38,438 nt of DNA from Candidatus Iainarchaeum sp. (GTDB lineage: Archaea > Iainarchaeota > Iainarchaeia > Iainarchaeales > GCA-2688035). The stretch is taken from assembly GCA_016932355.1 (NCBI GenBank), contig JAFGDB010000030.1, positions 1 through 38,438 of the forward strand, read 5' to 3'. The translations under genes and the position numbers were made by a program. Positions 31,401 to 38,438 of the stretch are shown piece after piece (position 1 is the first letter of the stretch; every line of letters starts with the position of its first letter). The notes beneath the pieces are model-generated. The model did not search any database and was not told the origin of the DNA. It saw only the letters and a list, made by a program, of their open reading frames with translations.

Positions 31401-34400
31401 ATGCAGTCCTCTTCCCCAAATTTGTGGATTATGAATGCACCCATTGCGTCTGCTATTCCCTCTGCCATCTCCTTGTTGCTTGGCTCAAACTGGGTTGGCG
31501 CATATGCCTTTACTGTCTTTTCTGAGTCTGGGTTGCCCTCCTTTTCAAGCTCTATTAGGAGAAGGCCGCTTTTTGTGTCTCCCTTTAAAATTGCAAGCGC
31601 ATTGCTGTTTTCGCTTTTTGTTGATGTCCTGCCGTCTGTTTTTCCAAACAGTTCCTGTGCAAGCAGCTTTGGCAGCTCTCCAAGCTCTTGGCTGCTTCCC
31701 TGCACATATCCAGGCCACGCGCTTCCTGAAAGCCCATATCCCTCGTCAACAGGCAGGAAGTTAATAACATTTTGCACATAGTTCCAGCACTGGCCTGTGT
31801 CTGCCCTGTCCTGCTCAATGGTTATTGTCAGGGCAAAGTTCCTGCCTTCCTCTGAGATTATTTCACCATTTGAAACCTGCATTGCCCCGTTTATTTCAAC
31901 ATAGTATTTTCCGCATCCCTTGAATGGCTTTTCAAGGTAGATATTTCCAAATGTGAAGCCTGCACCGCTTATGTCCTCCAGGTCAATTGCGTTTTGCTTT
32001 ACGTCATAGCCCTTGAGCTCTGTCTTGCTGAATTCCCTCAGCTCCTTAATAAGTGTTTCATAGTCCATGAAGTCAAGCTGCAGGAAAACAGGCAGTATTT
32101 CCCTCTTTACATTCATTTCGTCAAAGCTGCAGTGCCTCCTCTCCCTTGCTGCGCACCCTCCAAACTCTGAGGCCTGGTATTTTGCCTTTGCTGCCTTGTC
32201 CTTTGCAAGCGTTACCATGTCATCTGCTTTCCTGACAATGTATTGCGCAAGCTGCTTTGCATCGCAGTATCCATCAGAGCAGTTGCTGCTCAGCAGCGGG
32301 AAGCTCACCCTTTTTGTGTCCTCGCTGTCGCAGACCTTTATGCTTACCTCTTCTGTTGCCTTTCCCTCTGCTGCTGCTACAAGCCTGCCGAGCTTTACTG
32401 TTACTGAAAGCTCATCTGATTCAATTATCTTGTTCTGGTTTACGAGAAGGGCCAGTGCCTTTATTTTTGCCGCCCTGTCCATTTCCTGGCTTCCAACCAT
32501 CCTTAGGCTGAATGTGCTTTCCTGGCTTGGCTGCAGCACGATGTTTGCCGGGAACAGCATGAATGCATTGCTTCCAACTGCGCCTGGCTTTGTTGTGCCT
32601 GTAACCCTCAAGGGTTCGCCGCACTCGTTCTTGAGCTTTACCTGCCTTTCAATTATTGCAGTTGCCTTCTGGCTTGAGAAAACCATGCTTTCAATTGCCT
32701 CTGCCTTCAGGCACTGCGTTCCTGTGTAATTTACTCCAACCTCTGTCCTGCCCAAATCAGGGTAATACCTTCCGTTTATCACGCCTCCAAAGTATACATA
32801 GCCCTGTGCTGGCTCTGTCAGGGCTTCTGACTTGCTTGTTTCAGCGTAAACATGCCTTGTTGGGCTCAGCGCCTGTCCTGGCATCAGGTTTATTGAGCTT
32901 ATTGCTGTGGGCTTTATCTGCGCGCTTATTCCATATCTCCTGTAAGCTGTGTCCTCTATTGCTGCCCTGAATGCTGTTATTGGCGCAAACCCAGTGTTCA
33001 TCAGCTGGATTGGGACCTGGCCATATGCCCTTTCCTCTGCCGCTGCCCTTGCAAGCCACATTGTCAGGGTTGGCGGATAGCTTAAATTGCTGCTGGGGTT
33101 CCAGAGCTCTACTGAAAGCTTTATTGTTTTGTTGAGCTGGTCTGATTCAAGCTCTATGCTGAAGTACCTTCTTTCCTGCATTGCGTAAAGCCTGTCAATT
33201 GTGTTGCTTGCAGTGATTTTCAGCTTTTCAGTTGATTCCTTTTCAATCCTCAATGGTTCAACTGCAACGCTTAAATTTGGGTCTTGCTCCTGGGGCTTTA
33301 CCTTTGCGTTGAGCAAAAGCGAAGCCTCACAGTTGTTTTCAACCTCAATTTCCTGGGTTGCGCTGCTTCCTGCTGTCCCAATAAGCCTGATGACAACCTC
33401 CTCTGTGTCAAATTCCAGGCAGTCTGAGTCAAGCTGCTTGTTGTAGTTTGCCACAAGCCTTGCCGTTGTTTTTGTGGGAAAGCTTCCTGCAGCCATGCCC
33501 TTTATTACAAGGTCTGCCTCGCCGTGAAGGCTTTCCTGGCTTTCATCCGTTGTGCTGACTGAAACAGTTATGTTTGCGCTTCCGCTTCCCTTTCCTGCAA
33601 TTGTGCTCGGCATTTCAACTTTTACAGAGAATTCCTCTGGAAATCCTGAATCCTTCTCAAGCTCGTATGCAAGCCCTGTTATTTCCTGTTCCCCTGTATT
33701 GGTTATTGCTGCTGCCGCGCTTTTGTACTTCTCACCTTTCCCTATGTTAATCTCTATCGGGCTTTCAACTGTGAGAATGCCGTCCTTTGCAATTGTTATT
33801 TCAAGTTCCCCTGTTTTGTAGCCTGGGGCGCTTGCCTCTGCTGTGTAAAGCCCTGGCTCCAGGCTGTTTTTGAAAAGGTATTCGCCGTTCAGGCCCCTTC
33901 TGCTTGCGCCATTGCCTACAACAGTTAACGCGATTTTCCCGCTGCTGTCCTTAAGGCGGATTGTTGCGTTCTCTATATCCTGGCCGTCCTCACTGTCCAT
34001 AACGCTTATTGTAAAGTCCTCTCCAATGCCTATTTCCTCTGGCTTAACTCTCACAAGCATTGTCTTGTTTCGCTCTATCTGGAAGCTTGCTTCCTCATTG
34101 AGGACAATTGCGCCTGAAACAGCCTGCACCTTGATTGATGCTGTTCCCTCTTCAAACGGCTTAAAGTATGCCCTTACCTTCCTGGCCTCTGTTCCAACAG
34201 AAAGGCTGCTTATTGTAATGCCTGTCTGCTGGCCTGATTCAATGAATTCCAGTGGGTTTTCGCTTTCCTGCTGTGCTAATGTAGTTTCTCCAAGTTCGAG
34301 GAAGCCCTGCCCTGAAAGGTCTGTCTGCGCTGGAAGCTGCTCATCTAATATTGGTTCCCCGAGAAAGTCGTCAACCTCATAGCCTGTGAAGTAAATTAGG

Positions 34401-36910
34401 GGGTTTGCTTTGTCAGTGTCTATTTTCAGCGTTGCTGTCCTTTCGGCATCGGCACTGAGCTCTATCTGCAGCGCATAGAGCTCTTCGGTTACCGCCCTAA
34501 ACTCTGCCTTTTCAACGAACAGCCCATTGGGCATTACAAACAGGTAGTTTGCGCAGAGCCCTTCCTCACAGACTGCCTCGCTTGAAAAAACGCTGATTTC
34601 CTCATCATGGGTTTCAGAGTAAAGCCCTGTTTTTGAGGAAACATACCTCTCGTTTCCAAGCTCTGGGTCTGCTGGATGCCTGTAATATTGCTGTGCAATC
34701 TGGCTCCATGCCCTGTAGTGCAGCTCAATGCTTTCCTCAGTTATTGAGTTTCTTGCCTGCACCTTTACGCTCACAACAGTTGTGTTCTCCGGGCTTTCAA
34801 AGTATAGCTCAAGCAGCTTGTTGAGCTGGCCTGTGCTTCCCTTGTTGAGCATGTCTGCTGCCTCATTTCCAGGCAGCGGGAATGGCTGGTAGCTTTTCCC
34901 ATAAAAGTATTTTCCAGTAACTGCATCAAAGCCTGCAATTCCTGCCTGCTGCGAGTCTACAAAGGCTGTGTCATCGCTCCCAAGCCTTACATGGATGCCG
35001 CCTTTTTCAAGCCCTTCAGGCCAGTTTACCTCAAACTTGAGCCAGTAATACTTTCCAGGGGTTATGCCTTCAACCTCAACCCAGTCATCGTTGTATGCCC
35101 CTAAAAAATTTATTTCGGGGGCGAGTGCGTCAACCTCTTCCCCAAGCGTTACCCTTACAGTGTCCTGGCCCTCCACGTTCACCTGCTGGCTGAATGTTTT
35201 GCCCTCGCTTGTTTCAACCCAGAGGTTTACCTCTTTGTTGCCCCTTGAGTCAAAGTAAATGCTGCCATTGCTTATGTTTCCGTCAAAGAGAAGCGCGCCG
35301 CTTGCGCTTTCAATTTCTGCTGTTCCTGTTACAGGGTTTCCCTCGCTGTCAAATATCTGAAGCTCAACAATGTTCACAGGCTTTTCCATCACTATTATGA
35401 GCTGGTTTTCCTTGTTTGCCTCAATCAGCTTTTCTGCCTTGCCCTCCTGCAGGTCCTTTTTTGCCTCAACAACCACTGTTGAGCTGATTGCAGCCTTTAT
35501 TGAGGCATACCCGCTTATGTCTGTTTTAAGCGATGGAATTCCAAGAGGGAGCTCTTTTCCTTCAACCTTTTCAGAGAAGTAGAGGTCTGCGTTGTTTGCT
35601 GCAGCATTGTATGAGTCAAAAACGCTTATTCCAAGGTATGAGCTGTTTGTCTGGTCTGTTGCAGTAAGCCTTATGTCAACGCTCTCTGTTTCAGCAATGT
35701 TCACGAGTTCCCTTGCCGGCAGGTATCCTGCCCTGTAGCCTGTAACATAATACTTTTCTGGTGCAAGGTTTTCAAACAGCGCCATGCCCGCAAACGCTGT
35801 TTCTGTCGCCTCAAGGAAGTTGCCGTTGCTGTCAAAAAGCTGCACTGCTGCATCGCTCAATGGAACATCCGCTGAGTAAACCGTTACCTCAAGCTGGTTT
35901 CCGCCAACTTCCAAATTTACAATCCACTGCTCTTCATCAAGCCTGAGTGTCCTGCTTTCAGCCCTTTCCAGGCTGTCATACCTTAAAAAGCCGTCTTTCT
36001 GCACAATCAGCCTTACACTTGTTCCCTTTGTTATGCTGAACACTGCCTCGCTTCCCTCAAGCACCCTTTCCTCAAGCAAAGTGTCTGTTGTCCTGTCCAT
36101 TGCAATTGCTTTTGCGCCCTCAACTGCCTCGCCAAACTCGTCCTCTATTGAAACAATGAGTGCTGTTTCGCCTGCAAGCGAAATGCTGTCTGGTTCCAAT
36201 TCAATTTCTGCAAGCTCGCCCTCTTTAAAGCTCTTTGCCAGCGTAACCCTTTCATAGCCGTCAGCGCTCACTGAAACAGTTACATCAATGCCCTCTGGAA
36301 TGCCTGTAAAGCTTGCCTTGCCCTCGCTGTTTGTGATTGCGCTCATTGTAATGTCCTGCCATTCAATGCCGACAAGCGCTTCCTTTACTGCATCTCCAGT
36401 AATGCTGTCCACAAGCTGCAGCTCTGCCTGGATCTGCCTGATCTGCCTCTGCATCTGCATCAGGAGCGAGGTTTCATCCCTTGCCACAGTTACTGCCTTT
36501 TCCGAAATGTCAAAGCCCTGCTTTGAGGCTGAAACCACAAGCTCTGCCCCGATCGGTATAGCCTGCAAGTGTATGGTTTCGCCGCTTGCAACTGTTTTCG
36601 GGCCTGTTATCACCTGCCCTGACTGGTTTTTCACTGTTACCTGCACGCCTGAGACAGTCTGGCCAAACTGGTCCTGGAAGCTTACAGTAATGCCAGGGTT
36701 TATTGTGTTTCCGATGAAGACAAGCCCAAACACAAGGGCCAGGACAAGCACAATCAGTGCAACTGTTATTGGGAATGCAGGCAGGCCCTTTTCCTCAAGA
36801 AAGTCGTTGTAGCTGTAAACAGGAATGCCTTTTGCATCCAGGAAGTCGAGCAGTGCATAGTATTTCTCTTCAAGCGCAGTGTATATCCCTGACAGCTTTT
36901 CCCCAAACAT
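28448..36910 (-). CDS. Giant signal-anchored surface protein, paralog 4 (about 2820 aa) with a divergent helical C-terminal module
   Basis: Uninterrupted ORF. The track starts at TTG 36916 (MKMFGEK...), but the first ATG at 36910 (MFGEKLSGIYTALEEKYYALLDFLDAKG...LPAF plus TM) is the more likely start. It has a CarboxypepD_reg-like repeat stalk, a central module ending HYRAWS and LYSET, and a GYCDAKQLAQYIV motif. The C-terminal about 900 aa are unlike paralogs 1-3. Confidence 0.95.
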   Translation of the reverse strand: MFGEKLSGIYTALEEKYYALLDFLDAKGIPVYSYNDFLEEKGLPAFPITVALIVLVLALVFGLVFIGNTINPGITVSFQDQFGQTVSGVQVTVKNQSGQVITGPKTVASGETIHLQAIPIGAELVVSASKQGFDISEKAVTVARDETSLLMQMQRQIRQIQAELQLVDSITGDAVKEALVGIEWQDITMSAITNSEGKASFTGIPEGIDVTVSVSADGYERVTLAKSFKEGELAEIELEPDSISLAGETALIVSIEDEFGEAVEGAKAIAMDRTTDTLLEERVLEGSEAVFSITKGTSVRLIVQKDGFLRYDSLERAESRTLRLDEEQWIVNLEVGGNQLEVTVYSADVPLSDAAVQLFDSNGNFLEATETAFAGMALFENLAPEKYYVTGYRAGYLPARELVNIAETESVDIRLTATDQTNSSYLGISVFDSYNAAANNADLYFSEKVEGKELPLGIPSLKTDISGYASIKAAISSTVVVEAKKDLQEGKAEKLIEANKENQLIIVMEKPVNIVELQIFDSEGNPVTGTAEIESASGALLFDGNISNGSIYFDSRGNKEVNLWVETSEGKTFSQQVNVEGQDTVRVTLGEEVDALAPEINFLGAYNDDWVEVEGITPGKYYWLKFEVNWPEGLEKGGIHVRLGSDDTAFVDSQQAGIAGFDAVTGKYFYGKSYQPFPLPGNEAADMLNKGSTGQLNKLLELYFESPENTTVVSVKVQARNSITEESIELHYRAWSQIAQQYYRHPADPELGNERYVSSKTGLYSETHDEEISVFSSEAVCEEGLCANYLFVMPNGLFVEKAEFRAVTEELYALQIELSADAERTATLKIDTDKANPLIYFTGYEVDDFLGEPILDEQLPAQTDLSGQGFLELGETTLAQQESENPLEFIESGQQTGITISSLSVGTEARKVRAYFKPFEEGTASIKVQAVSGAIVLNEEASFQIERNKTMLVRVKPEEIGIGEDFTISVMDSEDGQDIENATIRLKDSSGKIALTVVGNGASRRGLNGEYLFKNSLEPGLYTAEASAPGYKTGELEITIAKDGILTVESPIEINIGKGEKYKSAAAAITNTGEQEITGLAYELEKDSGFPEEFSVKVEMPSTIAGKGSGSANITVSVSTTDESQESLHGEADLVIKGMAAGSFPTKTTARLVANYNKQLDSDCLEFDTEEVVIRLIGTAGSSATQEIEVENNCEASLLLNAKVKPQEQDPNLSVAVEPLRIEKESTEKLKITASNTIDRLYAMQERRYFSIELESDQLNKTIKLSVELWNPSSNLSYPPTLTMWLARAAAEERAYGQVPIQLMNTGFAPITAFRAAIEDTAYRRYGISAQIKPTAISSINLMPGQALSPTRHVYAETSKSEALTEPAQGYVYFGGVINGRYYPDLGRTEVGVNYTGTQCLKAEAIESMVFSSQKATAIIERQVKLKNECGEPLRVTGTTKPGAVGSNAFMLFPANIVLQPSQESTFSLRMVGSQEMDRAAKIKALALLVNQNKIIESDELSVTVKLGRLVAAAEGKATEEVSIKVCDSEDTKRVSFPLLSSNCSDGYCDAKQLAQYIVRKADDMVTLAKDKAAKAKYQASEFGGCAARERRHCSFDEMNVKREILPVFLQLDFMDYETLIKELREFSKTELKGYDVKQNAIDLEDISGAGFTFGNIYLEKPFKGCGKYYVEINGAMQVSNGEIISEEGRNFALTITIEQDRADTGQCWNYVQNVINFLPVDEGYGLSGSAWPGYVQGSSQELGELPKLLAQELFGKTDGRTSTKSENSNALAILKGDTKSGLLLIELEKEGNPDSEKTVKAYAPTQFEPSNKEMAEGIADAMGAFIIHKFGEEDCISEDGQYIVMKSGQNFRKLYPTFQVKGDESIRINNQVNCAEFSVESDAKESVQVSTSFLAKQERAGIESVAIYKKADYEKKGIDAEPLLKEENRTAGQKGEKSKKVSLKELKPEPAQPGSAEPSQPASTEEAGSTEGSTQNKLYGEEFVMCVKGSNEFALAPASVKSIELTAYGSIYDGRKTEKAHAIAIEVCGIHPLELVKKITEREKAMEKGKEEIYYAMPGWQGSPDTLSFPKLERLYALQREIEEMGPAAVGEPVSGLSSYEKEARPDRIASLGLYMGACAPIAFFSPWGSVAFDCVLPAMPAILDLTETTKAAKEFAINAVKTALGPVGKAIGIVLNGVSKVFGGQDIVDLDAGETPGEYISEDEANSQFGTLLKGAATFSGTKAVIEGLSATSKTLTLSSARTLVNSGLWDEYAKQFITKKMAGLPKTVADDLQKKLVEKAKDAAAENLFVKGPPGVRPSSWHLTTLQPSLKGKPLKDVANAVIDKAFADMQDEFNKQLGEGIATGTIAKGSLLDNAIRNRTNTIFDARKIGDEAFASMQMDSLGTLSGKEVQESVSRKIISSFDSLDRDMMDSIWDEFGGRSNFEDAIKKSVTKTGYTKPAAQKAMMDIYNDAITKLSGTTGIPKNALRKFSINDLVDKMAEAEKARFLGQMQSSVEDLVRNSMADFAADAANNKAVYKALQKRVNAEVVTKLQGKFGSDASKIMKEYVESPKFSKKLANFGKGLAKGVLSGLVANAAGMALYLAYWEGIGPDAVQEQARFTTSMMTDVVDEQGNVIAQKPVVKELELVKNQPHKVTISKDSLGRTSVNIMALGEGRYGEMAKAFESSKESNWNTDCKNYGKEDAGFLGKLKPYPNDKVSQEQAILYNENQMVIRYFADYYRAEKEGIAIDEEMLMAVLLYEPENIKGCGIEKEWWKQKNSEKEVNAIIGCAAQRLRNSLEKGENYLTSFTSTKSPSTYLSKIREIRSAWMQFREEE

Positions 36911-37237
36911 TTTCAAAGACCACTTTTCAAGGCTTTCTTTTTCGGCTTTTTTTTTATTCCTGATTTATTCTTTCTTTCCCAAGGCTTTCCTTTGGTCAAA
37001 GAAAGGCTTTTCACTTTATTACTCTGCCTAATTAATTTCTATGGCATCTTCTATATTAACCTTTATATCAAGGCATTTTTTTCCCTTCTGGAAAAACCAC
37101 AATAAAAAAAGGGCAAACTAATATATTAAAGTAATTATTGCAGCGCCCCAGCTTCAAACAGGTATTTTTGGGTTTCTATTTCATTGATAGAAACGATTAT
37201 TAAGAACTTTAATTATGTTTATAGCGGTGAATCTTCT

Positions 37238-37996
37238 GTGGCATTTCAGGACTCGGCTATTGAGTTTGTTGAAATAAGGCCAATGAACCTTTCAGGATAC
37301 ACCCTGATTGAGGGCTTTCCGGGAATGGGCCTGGTTGGGACAATTGCAACCAAGTATTTGAGCGAGAAGCTCAACCTGCAGGAAATCGGCTACCTTGACT
37401 CTGACATGTTTATGCCAATCATAAGGGTTCATGACGGCCTGCCTGTGCACCCCACGAGAATTTACGTTGACGACAAAAAGAGGATTGTGCTGCTTGTTTC
37501 AGAGCAGATTGTTCCGCAGGTTTTCACTGACAAGCTGGGAAAGGCAATTGTTGACTGGATCCAGAAGAAGAAAATAAAGCGGGTAATCAGCTTAAGCGGC
37601 ATAAGGGCTTTGCCTGCCAGAGAGGGCAAGCAGAGGGTTTACGGAATTGCCTCTGACAACGGAAGCAAGAAAATGCTCAACGATTTCAATATTGAGGTAA
37701 TAAAGGAGGGCATTACAAGCGGCATTACTGCCTTGATGATGCTTGAGTTCAAGGACCGCTCCATAGAGGCGTTCAGCCTTTTGGGCAATGTGCAGATTGC
37801 CGCAGACTACAAGGCTGCCGCTGCCCTGATTGAAAAGCTGAATGAAATGCTTGGCCTTAGCATTGATGTTGCGCCACTCCAAAAAGAGGCAAAGGAAACT
37901 GAGAAGGCCCTGCTTGAGCACATCAAAAAGCTGAAGCAGGTCACTGACAATGCCCAGCGCTTTGAAAGCCAGCCCCAGACCCCAATGTACACCTGA
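37238..37996 (+). CDS. PAC2-family (proteasome assembly chaperone-like) protein
   Basis: It contains the family-typical LIEGFPGMGLVG motif near the N-terminus and a length of about 250 aa. The ORF is open from TTG 37184. GTG 37238 has a GGTGA SD-like site 7 nt upstream and is my preferred start; ATG 37283 is a further alternative. Confidence 0.8.
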   Translation: MAFQDSAIEFVEIRPMNLSGYTLIEGFPGMGLVGTIATKYLSEKLNLQEIGYLDSDMFMPIIRVHDGLPVHPTRIYVDDKKRIVLLVSEQIVPQVFTDKLGKAIVDWIQKKKIKRVISLSGIRALPAREGKQRVYGIASDNGSKKMLNDFNIEVIKEGITSGITALMMLEFKDRSIEAFSLLGNVQIAADYKAAAALIEKLNEMLGLSIDVAPLQKEAKETEKALLEHIKKLKQVTDNAQRFESQPQTPMYT

Positions 37997-38082
37997 ACCA
38001 AGCCATTGGAAAATAGCCCTATTTTTTCCTGAGCAGAAAGGATTAAAAACATGGAAAGCCAAGACTTATTTGAGGTCATGGA

Positions 38083-38438
38083 ATGCCAAGGGCAAGAGCA
38101 CAGGAAAGAAGGCCGCCTGTTCAGGCAGCTGCAGAGCACGCTGCAGGCCATGCGCCAGCGCCTTTGGTTGATTTCAGCCTGCTTGACAGGGCAATTGCCC
38201 AAAGACTTGAGGAAGCCGAAAAATATATGGGCAAATTCCATGCAATTCCCTCTGTTAAGAGGGCATCAAAGGCAAAGCTCATTAGGTCTGGCCTGTTTAA
38301 GCCAGGCTGGGGCGGCTGGGATATAGCGCATCCTGTCAGGCTTTTTGGAAAAATTGCCACTTCCAAACTCGGAAAGGTTGAAAAGACTGATGAAGGAAGG
38401 GTGCTTAACCAGCCAGGGCGGTTTGCTGCCAAGAGTGA
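38083..38438 (+). CDS. Partial hypothetical ORF running off the window end (start and frame uncertain)
   Basis: Frame 1 is open from ATG 38083 to the last base. From about 38160 it reads protein-like (LVDFSLLDRAIAQRLEEAEKYMGKFHAIPSVKRASKAKLIRSGLFKPGWGGWDIAHPVRLFGKI...). The first about 25 codons are Ala/Pro/Arg-rich and doubtful. A competing ORF, 38051..38326 in frame 3, has an SD-like AAAGGA upstream. Confidence 0.35.
   Translation, partial: MPRARAQERRPPVQAAAEHAAGHAPAPLVDFSLLDRAIAQRLEEAEKYMGKFHAIPSVKRASKAKLIRSGLFKPGWGGWDIAHPVRLFGKIATSKLGKVEKTDEGRVLNQPGRFAAKS

Noticed and set aside
37592-38241. Minus-strand ORFs 37592..38062 (156 aa) and 37807..38241 (144 aa).
   Set aside because: They are antisense to the PAC2-family gene, which has a recognisable family motif. 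Their compositions are shadow-like.
1-38438. Scan for tRNA, rRNA, CRISPR arrays, IS elements, transposases, integrases and a reverse transcriptase.
   Set aside because: I saw no cloverleaf-compatible segments with T-loop consensus in the intergenic regions. There are no regularly spaced direct repeats and no ORFs with DDE, tyrosine- or serine-recombinase or RT motifs. This was done by eye only; tRNAscan-SE, Infernal and ISfinder-type searches would be definitive.

Overview
The window is dominated by one co-directional minus-strand block (573..36916) flanked by plus-strand genes at both ends. About 81% of all bases (31,128 nt) are taken up by four tandem, very large paralogous ORFs of 2495, 2401, 2654 and 2822 aa. 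Each encodes a protein with a conserved about 40-aa N-terminal cytoplasmic motif (LEDKWY..LD...P.Y.LVD.I.K..PSF) followed by a single signal-anchor helix. Next comes a stalk of CarboxypepD_reg-like beta-sandwich repeats, then a conserved central module (KWANIEW ... YRAW ... LYAK) and more Ig-like-looking domains. After that each paralog carries a different low-complexity or hydrophobic insert. In three of the four, a shared Cys-containing C-terminal module (YCDATQFSI, YL[IVM]KD[GA]Y[TS].D[FL]) closes the protein. I cannot assign these proteins to a named family or to any enzymatic function. Embedded between giants 4 and 3 are a 573-aa Cys-rich protein with a pilin-like hydrophobic N-terminus and an RHH-antitoxin/MazF(PemK)-toxin pair. 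The toxin appears frameshifted in an A6 run. Downstream of giant 1 lie five small polytopic membrane proteins with tight or overlapping spacing and Shine-Dalgarno-like sites. A 31-bp perfect direct repeat duplicates the last codons and stop of giant 1 about 100 bp downstream, bracketing two hairpins. Flanking plus-strand genes are a coiled-coil hypothetical protein (39..560), a PAC2-family proteasome-assembly-chaperone-like protein (about 37238..37996) and a partial ORF with ambiguous framing at the window end. Three things suggest an archaeal, possibly DPANN-like or episymbiotic, genome, but this is inference: AT-rich ATTTAAAT-type boxes about 30 nt upstream of several start codons, the PAC2 gene, and the giant surface proteins. 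By eye I found no rRNA, tRNA, CRISPR array, transposase or integrase. The many long plus-strand ORFs inside the giant genes are antisense shadows.
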